Source: Planctomycetota bacterium
GTDB taxonomy: Bacteria > Planctomycetota > B15-G4
Reading direction: 5' to 3'
Assembly (NCBI GenBank): GCA_965248575.1
Contig: CBDFJQ010000002.1
Location: 4,352,001 to 4,416,000, forward strand
Length of the DNA: 64,000 nucleotides
Of this stretch, positions 38,456-46,520 are shown in pieces. How positions within the stretch are numbered: position 1 is the stretch's first letter; the number at the start of each line of letters is the position of its first letter. A program made the translations under genes and the position numbers. A model generated the notes under the pieces. That model did no database searches, was not told where the DNA came from, and saw only the letters and a program-made list of their open reading frames with translations.

Positions 38456-41023
38456 TCAGAACCCGATCGTCGTCTCGAGTCCCTGGCTGAGGCTGTAGCC
38501 GCCGACCGCGCCGGCGTCCTCGAGGATTGCCTGCATCTGGAACGTGATGCCCGCCAGCCCGGGGTCCGTGAAGCTGGTCGTCACCGAGAAGCTGCCGGCA
38601 CCCGGGGCGCCAGCCGCGCCGCTGAGCCCCAGGTAGAGGAACTGCAGGGGCGGGTCCACGAGCAGGCTGCCACCGAAGGCCGGGAGGTTGGCCCGGTTGA
38701 AGCCCAGCGCCACGGCGCCGAACGCGCCGCCCACACCCTGGTCGATGTCGATGTCGAAGCTGCCGCCGATGGATGTGTCACCGCTGCCGGTCAGTGACGG
38801 GACGAACCCGCCGGTGCCCGCCGAGCCCGCGTCGTAGTTGACGAAGGGCGAGCTCGGGTAGCCCGTGATCTCCACGTCGTCGACGTTCCAGCCGGAGTAG
38901 ACCTTGTTGGCGTTCGTGCTGCCCATGGTCCAACGCAGGTACACCGTGGACTGACCGTCGGCGATCGCGGAGATGTCGTACTCCTGCTCGCTCCAGGCCG
39001 ACTCCGTGACCGCACTGGTGTTCTCCCAGACGTCGGTGAAGTTGGTGCCGTCCGTGCTCACGCGGAAGTAGGCGTGGTCGGCGGACGACTGGTCCACGTT
39101 GAGCCAGCGCTGGAAGGACACCTTGGCGCCCGTCAGGCCGCTGAGGTCGAACGGGGTCGAGGTGACGTGCTTCTCGACTTCGTTGTTCCGGTAGTCGCCC
39201 AGCAGGTTGTAGGCCATCACCCCCGTGCCGGTGGCGCCTGCCGTCGGGTCGGGGTTTCCGAACGCGCCGCCCAGCCCGGAGGGCGTTCCGAACTCCCACG
39301 CACCGCCTTCCGCCCAGCCCGGGTCCACGTCCATGGGCAGGCTGGCCACCGTCGTGCGGCCCACCTCGAGCGAGTGGTCGCGCGTGTTGATGACGGCGTT
39401 GGATGTGTCCTCGATCAGGATCGACCCGGTGTAGAGTCCGGCCGCGTTGCCGGAAGCCGACGGGTCGAGGCTGGCCGTCACCTGGACGGAGCCACCCAGG
39501 GCCGCCAGCGAGCCGGACAGCGGCGCCGTGCCGCCGTCGATGAGCAGCAGGCCGGTGGGCGCAGCCAGCGACACCTGGTAGTTGATGGGGGCGTCCCCGT
39601 TGTTGGTGAGCGTGTAGACCACCGACGAGTTGCTGAACGGCCCGCCGACCGGGCCCTCGTGGAGCACGGGCAGGGTGGGCGTGACGGCCATGCCGGCGCC
39701 GAGCGTGTCGACGCTCATGGCACCGGTGCCGGCCGCGTCGAGCCAGTCGGAGAGGCGGCTGTTGGCCGATCCGCCACCGTTCCAGGAGACCGCGAAGGCG
39801 CCGTACCAGTCGGACGAGTTGTTGCCGCAGGCCGCGAAGCCGCCGTGCAGCTGACCCACGACCTGGTGCGCCGGGTTGAACAGCGGCGAGCCCGAGGAGC
39901 CGGGCTCAGTGGTGCCGGTGTCCCAGTCATCGACGCGCACGTGCGTCCCGTTGCCGGGGACAGTGGTGCCGAGGTAGCTCGTGACGGTCGTCGGCTGGAA
40001 CTCGAAGCTGATCGCCTTCTCGTCGGTGCTGGGGTGGTGGATCGCGATGGCGCCGGGGTCGTCGAGGCCGCTGCGGTTCCAGCCCGCGAATGTCACCTCG
40101 TAGGCAGGGTTGGGGTCGCTGTCCAGCTCGACCAACGTGAAGTCGGAGGCCGAGTAACTCGAGCGGAAGAAGGAGCCCGTGTTGAAGTCGGAGAGCACAC
40201 CGTCCGGAGTGGCGTCGCAGACCGAGGTCTCGTAGTTCCAGAAGACGACCAGTGAGGCTGCGTTGCCAGAGCCGATGCCGCAGTGGTTGGCCGTCATGAA
40301 GTACGGCGTGCGGTCGTTGGAGGTGTTGTTCACCATGAATCCGGTGCAGAACGTGCCGCCGCCCAGGGAGATGACGCCCACCGAGGGGATCTCGTTGCGC
40401 CACAGGTCTCCATCGGAACAGACCACGTCCACGTTGCAGGACCCGGACTCCTGGCCGCCGGCCTTGCTGCCGAAGCCGCGGTAGCCGTAGCCGATCTGCG
40501 TCAGCTCGAGCGCAAGGTCGCCGAACAGGTCGCGCGGGATGGTCAGCTCGAGAACCACTGCGTCCGCGAGGACAGGAGGCGTCCAGAGTTCGCCGTGGCT
40601 CGCGTTGTCCTCGTGCGTGAAGGGGCGGATCACCTGTGCGGCGTCCGCGGAGTACAGCATGAGCTGGCCGCCCTCCGGCATGTCGTAGGTGGTGAAGCCG
40701 AGGTTGATGTTCGCCGCGCCGGGTGCATCGATGGCGAGCCGCCACAGCAGCCGGCCGTCGTCTAGCACGTCGACGGTGCCGTGCGTCGCGGGCGTGATGC
40801 TCACTTCGCGCGGGATGGCGTAGCGCGGCGGCAGTCCGGACGCCTCACGTTCGAGGTCTTCCTGAGTGACGGCGGCGAGGTCGATGCCCGCGACACCGAT
40901 GTGCTCGATTCCGCTCAGCGGCGTCGTGTCGTGCTGGAGAGCGGTGGGGACGTCTTGCGCGGAGGCGATTGAGGTCGCGAGTGCCGAGAGGACCAGCGTG
41001 GCGAGGGGGATCACACGGTTCAT
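38456..41023 (-). CDS. Secreted lysyl-endopeptidase-like serine protease (trypsin fold) with C-terminal extension
   Basis: Pro-region WRLAIDAPGA..INLGF, SGSCNVDVVC, CTGFMVNN, MTANHC (His), SDFTLVEL (Asp), GTTEPGSSGSPLF (Ser), GQLHGG; ends ...QAILED...SLSQGLETTIGF. Confidence 0.92.
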   Translation of the reverse strand: MNRVIPLATLVLSALATSIASAQDVPTALQHDTTPLSGIEHIGVAGIDLAAVTQEDLEREASGLPPRYAIPREVSITPATHGTVDVLDDGRLLWRLAIDAPGAANINLGFTTYDMPEGGQLMLYSADAAQVIRPFTHEDNASHGELWTPPVLADAVVLELTIPRDLFGDLALELTQIGYGYRGFGSKAGGQESGSCNVDVVCSDGDLWRNEIPSVGVISLGGGTFCTGFMVNNTSNDRTPYFMTANHCGIGSGNAASLVVFWNYETSVCDATPDGVLSDFNTGSFFRSSYSASDFTLVELDSDPNPAYEVTFAGWNRSGLDDPGAIAIHHPSTDEKAISFEFQPTTVTSYLGTTVPGNGTHVRVDDWDTGTTEPGSSGSPLFNPAHQVVGQLHGGFAACGNNSSDWYGAFAVSWNGGGSANSRLSDWLDAAGTGAMSVDTLGAGMAVTPTLPVLHEGPVGGPFSNSSVVYTLTNNGDAPINYQVSLAAPTGLLLIDGGTAPLSGSLAALGGSVQVTASLDPSASGNAAGLYTGSILIEDTSNAVINTRDHSLEVGRTTVASLPMDVDPGWAEGGAWEFGTPSGLGGAFGNPDPTAGATGTGVMAYNLLGDYRNNEVEKHVTSTPFDLSGLTGAKVSFQRWLNVDQSSADHAYFRVSTDGTNFTDVWENTSAVTESAWSEQEYDISAIADGQSTVYLRWTMGSTNANKVYSGWNVDDVEITGYPSSPFVNYDAGSAGTGGFVPSLTGSGDTSIGGSFDIDIDQGVGGAFGAVALGFNRANLPAFGGSLLVDPPLQFLYLGLSGAAGAPGAGSFSVTTSFTDPGLAGITFQMQAILEDAGAVGGYSLSQGLETTIGF

Positions 41024-41219
41024 GGAGAGGCTCACACCCGCCGCGGAGAACAGAGGCGGGTTCCGGAGAGGGGAGAGGGGAAGGACAGCCAGCACGCTCA
41101 GCTGAGCAGGCGGTCATCCTATCAGCGATGTGGTGAACCAGGGAGCCCCCGGTGTCTCCCGCGCTCAGCTCCTGTGGATTCGCGAGGTGCGCGCCGCGCT
41201 CGCTGATTCGGGCTGAGGG

Positions 41220-42056
41220 TCACGGTCCGGAGACGCGCTCTTCGATCACGTCCGCTTGATCCGACCGGCCGGCCTTGCGCAACGCGGTGGCGTAGCCGAG
41301 CAGGGTGTTGTGCAGTCGCGGGTCGTCCTCACCGAAGACTGCCTCCTGGATGGACACGCCCTTGGCGTAGAGGGCCAGCGCCTCGTCGGGTCGCTCCTGC
41401 ATCAGGCGCAACTCGGCGAGGTTGCACAGGTCACCGACGGTGTAGACGGGATTCGGCGCACTCTGCGCGTCCCAGATCGCCAGCGAGCGCCGGAACAACG
41501 CCTCCGCCTCGTCGGGCTGGTCGCGTTGCAGGAGCAGCGCGGCGAGGTTGCCGACGTGTTTGGCCGTCTCCGGGTGGTCGGGGCCGACCGCCTCCTCGGA
41601 GATCTCCAGGGCCCGCTCGTAGACGCCTTGGGCTGCGTCGAGGTCACCCCGCTGGGAGTAGATGGCGCCAAGGTACTTGAGCGTCGTCGCCACCGTCGTG
41701 CGCGCCTGCCCCAGCCGTGCCTCCGCAATCTCGTTCGCCCGGACGGAGTGCGGTTCGGCCGCGTCGAGGTCACCGTCCATGATCTGCAAGGTGGCGAGGA
41801 ACAGCAGCGGTGACAGCAGGTCCTCGTCGCTGACGAGCTGCTGCTCGGCCTCGGCGAGCGCGTCGCGCGCCAGCTCGATCGCCTCCGGGATCGCCCCCGT
41901 GGTCGTCAGCTCCTTGGCGCGCACGAGCTTCTGCTCCCAGGTGGCCGGCGACGGGTGGGTGGCCTCCTGCTGCGCGGCGGTTGGTGCGGTCAGGCCGAGG
42001 ATAAGGATGAGGGCGAGGGCGGGGAACAGCGCGAGGGCTCTGTGGTCAGACATCAT
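41220..42056 (-). CDS. Secreted TPR protein
   Basis: Signal peptide ending TAAQ; TPRs YERALEISEEAVGPDHPETA, FRRSLAI. Confidence 0.85.
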   Translation of the reverse strand: MMSDHRALALFPALALILILGLTAPTAAQQEATHPSPATWEQKLVRAKELTTTGAIPEAIELARDALAEAEQQLVSDEDLLSPLLFLATLQIMDGDLDAAEPHSVRANEIAEARLGQARTTVATTLKYLGAIYSQRGDLDAAQGVYERALEISEEAVGPDHPETAKHVGNLAALLLQRDQPDEAEALFRRSLAIWDAQSAPNPVYTVGDLCNLAELRLMQERPDEALALYAKGVSIQEAVFGEDDPRLHNTLLGYATALRKAGRSDQADVIEERVSGP

Positions 42057-42642
42057 TCGCTCCGGAGGGAGGGCCGTGGCGTGGGGCGACAGGGGACAGA
42101 ACCGCCGTGTAGGAGTGCAGGTCGCCGCGCTCGGGGTCGTTGTGTTCGAGGACGAAGGCCGTCAGCTCCTCGATGAGCTGCACCATGCGGTGGCGATCGA
42201 CAGGCTTCAGGTGCACGTGGAAGTGCTGCAGCGAGAGGTTGCGACCGCGGCCGTGCAGGCGGGCCGTCCCCAGCTCGAGGGAGCGGCAGTAGGCCCGCTC
42301 TGTGGAGCGCGTGATCGAACGACACGTGTCCGCCAGGGCCTCGCGATACGCGGGCCGTGTGAGGTCGCCCGCGATCCGCAGCCTGGGAGCGACGAGGCGG
42401 TACAGCCGCTCCATCCGGCGCCCGGCCTGGCGCTCACCGACGTCCTCGACGAGGCCCCGGTCGACCAGCTTGCGCAGGTGGAAGTACAGCGACTCCGGGC
42501 TGCGATCGAGGTGCTCCGCGAGGTCGCGGACCGAGGCCGTGCCCAGCGCCTCGAAGGCGGCGACGATCCGCTGCCGGGCAGGCGAGGCGATGGCGCGGAG
42601 CTGCTCCGGGTCCTGGAGGCGGTGGGTCGTTGATTTGCTCAT
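42046..42642 (-). CDS. ArsR/HTH_20-type winged-helix transcriptional regulator
   Basis: LRAIASPARQRIV..LGTASVRDLAEHLDRSPESLYFHLRKLVDRGLV...ERLY. Confidence 0.85.
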   Translation of the reverse strand: MSKSTTHRLQDPEQLRAIASPARQRIVAAFEALGTASVRDLAEHLDRSPESLYFHLRKLVDRGLVEDVGERQAGRRMERLYRLVAPRLRIAGDLTRPAYREALADTCRSITRSTERAYCRSLELGTARLHGRGRNLSLQHFHVHLKPVDRHRMVQLIEELTAFVLEHNDPERGDLHSYTAVLSPVAPRHGPPSGANDV

Positions 42643-42687
42643 TGCTAAAGTATATGTATATTATTTAGCAGCGAGCCAGTTTGTCAA
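42643..42687 (-). promoter_or_regulatory. Sigma70-type promoter overlapped by an inverted-repeat operator
   Basis: Minus strand TTGACA-18nt-TAATAT; inverted repeat TGCTAAA(42643-49)/TTTAGCA(42664-70) around an AT-rich core abutting the ATG. Confidence 0.7.
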
Positions 42688-42744
42688 CCGGGTTCGGATG
42701 GATGGGCGTTCTGACGGTCCGTGGCCACCCCGCGCGATCCCGCC

Positions 42745-43096
42745 CGCCGCGGGGGACGGCCACGACGACAACGTCCCGGGCAAGATGGACCCTGGGCACC
42801 CGCTGGGCAACCACGTGATCCTCGACCACGGCAATGGCGAGTACTCGTTTCTCGCGCACCTGCAGAAGGGCTCGGTGGCTGTGGAGGTGGGCGACGAGGT
42901 GGAAGTGGGCACGTTCCTCGGGCTGTGCGGCAACAGCGGCAACACCTCCGAGCCGCACATCCACTACCACCTGCAGGACACACCGACCTTCGGCAAGGGG
43001 CGGGGCATGCCGGCGCAGTTCGTGGACTATTTGGCCGACGGGGTGCCTGTGGAGCGCGGCGAGCCGGTGAAGCCGCAGGTCATCCGGAACAGGTGA
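42745..43096 (+). pseudogene. Duplicated 3' third of the M23 peptidase gene (direct repeat of 32303-32654)
   Basis: About 350 bp near-identical at constant offset 10442; differences mostly synonymous; no start or signal peptide. Confidence 0.9.
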
Positions 43097-43374
43097 GTGG
43101 GGCGGACGCGGGAGGCTGGCCGGTCCAGCACCACGCGCTCTACTACGATCCGCAGACGGGGGTGTTCGGCGGGTACCCACTCCTCGCACAGGCAGCCGAG
43201 CCACGGATGTTCTTCATCGGCGAGGCTGGGTGCCCCACTGGCAGCGCACGTGGCTGAGGACGGTCTGGAACACGAGGGGCTTTTGAATCGCCTCTTCTCA
43301 GAAGCAATCACCCGGCACTGGGAGGCTGTGTCACCATGACAACCTAAATCGTCCACACCGGAAATACGGAGCTC

Positions 43375-44490
43375 GTGTTGAGACATCTGAATCCTCTTTG
43401 TGCTGTGCTTCTCTTGATGTTTGGCACTCCTGGATTCATCCAGGCTCAGGGCTTCTACAGCGTCGACGCAGCCACCGACGAGTTGGTCCACATCGACTCG
43501 ACAAATGGTCACGTCACCGTCATCGGGGCGATCGGCTTTGACGCACTCAACATCGATCTCGCCCGGGTGGGGAACCAACTGTTCGGGCTTGATATGGACT
43601 TCCAGGTGCGCGTGGATTTGCATGAACTGGACATGACGACAGGAGCTGCCTTGTCGTCTGTCCAGGTCGCGCCCGGGGTGATCTTCGTTGCGGAGGGGCT
43701 CGGCCAGGCCAACGGCCAACTGAAGATCGGATACTCGGGGGCCAGCGACTTCTTCTCGGATACACTTGCCGATCTTGCGCTAGATGGTTCGATTTCCAAC
43801 AGCACATCAATTGCTTCGCTTGATTTCGACGGGCTGGGCGATGACTCAGCCACCGGAACCCTCTATGGATGCGACGTCGAGCCGGCGCTTGGAACAGTTG
43901 ACTTCTTCGACGTGACTCAAGTGCCGTTCTCCGTCACCATCTTCAAGACACTCCCCTCGTCGGTCAGTGTCAATGACGTCACGGTCACGGGCACCACGAT
44001 GTACGGCATCGATGCGAGCACTGATCAGTTGCAAGCCATCGACCTCAACACACTCGTGTTCTCGAGCATCGATCTGGACCGTGGGGGGAATTACCAAGGC
44101 TTGGTCAACGCTGGCCCACAGACATGGGTGACGCTCGGCGGCGGGACGACCGGCATCGCGGGTCAGCCGACGCTCACCGGCACAGGAACGCTCGTTGGCG
44201 GAACTTCCGCATCTCTCTCGCTGACGAACGCGCCGTCTGGGGCCCTCCTGCTGGCCTGGATTTCCTTCGCTCCAACGCCATTCATGGCGCTCGATGGCAC
44301 CATTCACGCGTTCCCCTACGCAAATCAGCTCATCTTCAACGCGAACGGGGCCGGTGTTTTCGCGGCGACGACCACATGGCCGCCCGGCGTGCCCGTGGGT
44401 ACGAATGTCTGGTTCCAGTTCCTCGTCCAGGATGCGTCCTCGATCCACGGCATCACGGTGTCCAACGGCTTGCTCGCCACCACTCCGTAG
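43375..44490 (+). CDS. Secreted beta-propeller-like protein with conserved C-terminal domain
   Basis: Signal peptide ending IQAQ; repeats YSVDAATDELVHIDSTNG and YGIDASTDQLQAIDL; CTD WVTLGGGTTG...TWPPGVP...FQFLVQD...SNGLLATTP. Confidence 0.85.
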   Translation: MLRHLNPLCAVLLLMFGTPGFIQAQGFYSVDAATDELVHIDSTNGHVTVIGAIGFDALNIDLARVGNQLFGLDMDFQVRVDLHELDMTTGAALSSVQVAPGVIFVAEGLGQANGQLKIGYSGASDFFSDTLADLALDGSISNSTSIASLDFDGLGDDSATGTLYGCDVEPALGTVDFFDVTQVPFSVTIFKTLPSSVSVNDVTVTGTTMYGIDASTDQLQAIDLNTLVFSSIDLDRGGNYQGLVNAGPQTWVTLGGGTTGIAGQPTLTGTGTLVGGTSASLSLTNAPSGALLLAWISFAPTPFMALDGTIHAFPYANQLIFNANGAGVFAATTTWPPGVPVGTNVWFQFLVQDASSIHGITVSNGLLATTP

Positions 44491-44803
44491 CAGCCCCTCG
44501 CGTGAAGTTGCCTGCTCTCATCCCCCCCAACGCTACTGCTTCTGCAGGCACGCCTCCCCGACGATCCCATGGCTGCGCACGAGCGTCGGTGCTTCGCCGA
44601 CCAGGCCGGGCTGCCCCGTCATGTCCTTACAACGCGGCTGAGTTTGTGGACTGGACGGCCAGGGCGATCAGGCCGTTGCGGACGGCGGGCGGATGCGTGG
44701 CTTCCATGGATTGCGGCCTCCGGAGTCACCCGCCAGCTTAGCCGGTGCGCGCTTTCCACACCCCGGGTTCCGGCGGCGGCGTCCCTCGACTACCCTGTGC
44801 CCC

Positions 44804-46279
44804 ATGAAAACCCAAACACTCCACGGCCTGGCCGAACTGCGCGACTTCTGCGGTCCCCGCACCACGGAAGGGATCAGCGACAGCCGGCTGGCCCACTTCG
44901 CCGACAACGATGACCTGACCCTGGCCATCGAAGAGGCGGTTGCGATGCACCGCTCGTTGAGGCCCCAGTGGAGCGAGGCGCTGGCCGGATCCGAGCAGGA
45001 TCTGGCGCAACAGGTGCAGGCTGGATACCTCAACTTCTACACGCCTGAGACCGTCAACCCGTTCGTGGCGCTCGCCGCGCGGGGGCCCTGGATCGTCACG
45101 AGCCACGGCGCGGTGATCCACGACAACGGCGGCTACGGCATGCTCGGCCTCGGACACGCGCCGCGCGCCGTCCTCGACGCCATGGCGAAACCCTGGGTCA
45201 TGGCCAACGTGATGACGCCCAGCATGAGCCAGGCGCATCTGGTCGAAGCCTTGCGGGCCAACATCGGTACGGCAAGCGGCGGGTGCCCCTACGAGGCGTT
45301 CCAGTGCCTCAACAGCGGCTCGGAGTCGGTCACCCTGGCGTGCCGCATCAGCGACCTGCACGCGAAGCAGATGACCGCGCCCGGCGCCCAGCACGCGGGC
45401 CAGCGCCCGATCTTCCTCGCGCTCGAGGGCGCCTTCCACGGTCGCACCGATCGACCGGCCTTGCTGAGTGACTCGTCGCGCGGCATCTACGAGGACTTGC
45501 TCGCCTCTCACGGTGAGAGCGACTTGCTCGTGACGACCCCGGCCAATGACATCGCTGCGCTCGAGGCCGCGTTTGCCAGCGCCACGAAGGACGGCCGGTT
45601 CATCGAGCTGATGGCCATCGAACCCGTGCAGGGCGAAGGCAACCCGGGCATTGCTTGCACGCGGGAGTTCTACGACGCGGCGCGGCGCTTGACGCTGGAG
45701 CACGGCTCGCTGCTGCTGATGGACTCGATCCAGGCAGGCTTCCGCACCACGGGCCACTTGAGCGTGGTCGACTACCCCGGCTTCGAGGGTTGCGAGGCGC
45801 CGGACCTCGAGACGTACTCAAAGGCCCTCAACGCGGGCCAGTATCCGCTGAGCGTCCTCGCGCTCGGACCGCGCGCCGCCCAGATCTTCCGCACGGGCAT
45901 CTACGGCAACACGATGACCACGAACCCGCGTGCGCTCGAGGTCGCGGTGACGGTCCTCTCCGCCATCGACGAGACCATGCAGCGCAACATCCGCGACCAG
46001 GGCGAGCACCTGCTGCGCCGCCTCGACGGTCTCAAGCAGCGCTACCCGGAGCTCATCGTCCGCAACCAGGGCACGGGCCTGCTCGTCGCCTCCGTGATCC
46101 GTGACGACGTGCGGGTCGTCGGCGCCGATGGTCTCGAGCAGCGCTGTCGCCGGCTCGGTCTGGGTGTCATCCACGGCGGAAAGAATGCGCTGCGGTTCAC
46201 GCCCCACTTCGGCATCACCGATGCAGAGATCGATCTGATGACCGACGTGCTGGACGAGGTCATGGGCTCAGTGGCGTGA
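44804..46279 (+). CDS. Class III PLP-dependent aminotransferase
   Basis: ARGPWI..HG.VIHD.GGYG..GLGH, NSGSESV, FHGRT, IEPVQGEG, DSIQAGF.TTG, SKALNAG (PLP Lys), GNTM, GTGLL, LRFTP. Confidence 0.92.
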   Translation: MKTQTLHGLAELRDFCGPRTTEGISDSRLAHFADNDDLTLAIEEAVAMHRSLRPQWSEALAGSEQDLAQQVQAGYLNFYTPETVNPFVALAARGPWIVTSHGAVIHDNGGYGMLGLGHAPRAVLDAMAKPWVMANVMTPSMSQAHLVEALRANIGTASGGCPYEAFQCLNSGSESVTLACRISDLHAKQMTAPGAQHAGQRPIFLALEGAFHGRTDRPALLSDSSRGIYEDLLASHGESDLLVTTPANDIAALEAAFASATKDGRFIELMAIEPVQGEGNPGIACTREFYDAARRLTLEHGSLLLMDSIQAGFRTTGHLSVVDYPGFEGCEAPDLETYSKALNAGQYPLSVLALGPRAAQIFRTGIYGNTMTTNPRALEVAVTVLSAIDETMQRNIRDQGEHLLRRLDGLKQRYPELIVRNQGTGLLVASVIRDDVRVVGADGLEQRCRRLGLGVIHGGKNALRFTPHFGITDAEIDLMTDVLDEVMGSVA

Positions 46280-46520
46280 CAGGTCGAGTGATCTGAAGAG
46301 TGGGGCGAGTCCGGCGAGATGCGTTCCGCCAAGCAGCGTGTGCAGGCCTTCGTCCCACTCCAGCCACCGTTCTCGTGCTGGTGCGCCGCTCGAAGGTCCG
46401 CGAGGTCGCCGATCAGCTGCTCAGCACGCTCTCCGCGTGCCCCAGCCGGAACGCAGGGTGCGCGACCGACTTCTCGCCGCGTCACGCCCTGTTCTCGATT
46501 CTCCTCGGTCGTCTACGGGA

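Noticed and set aside
42302..43096. 264-aa ORF as an intact second M23 peptidase
   Set aside because: Its 5' half is antisense to the ArsR-like gene and crosses that gene's promoter; only the duplicated tail is homologous
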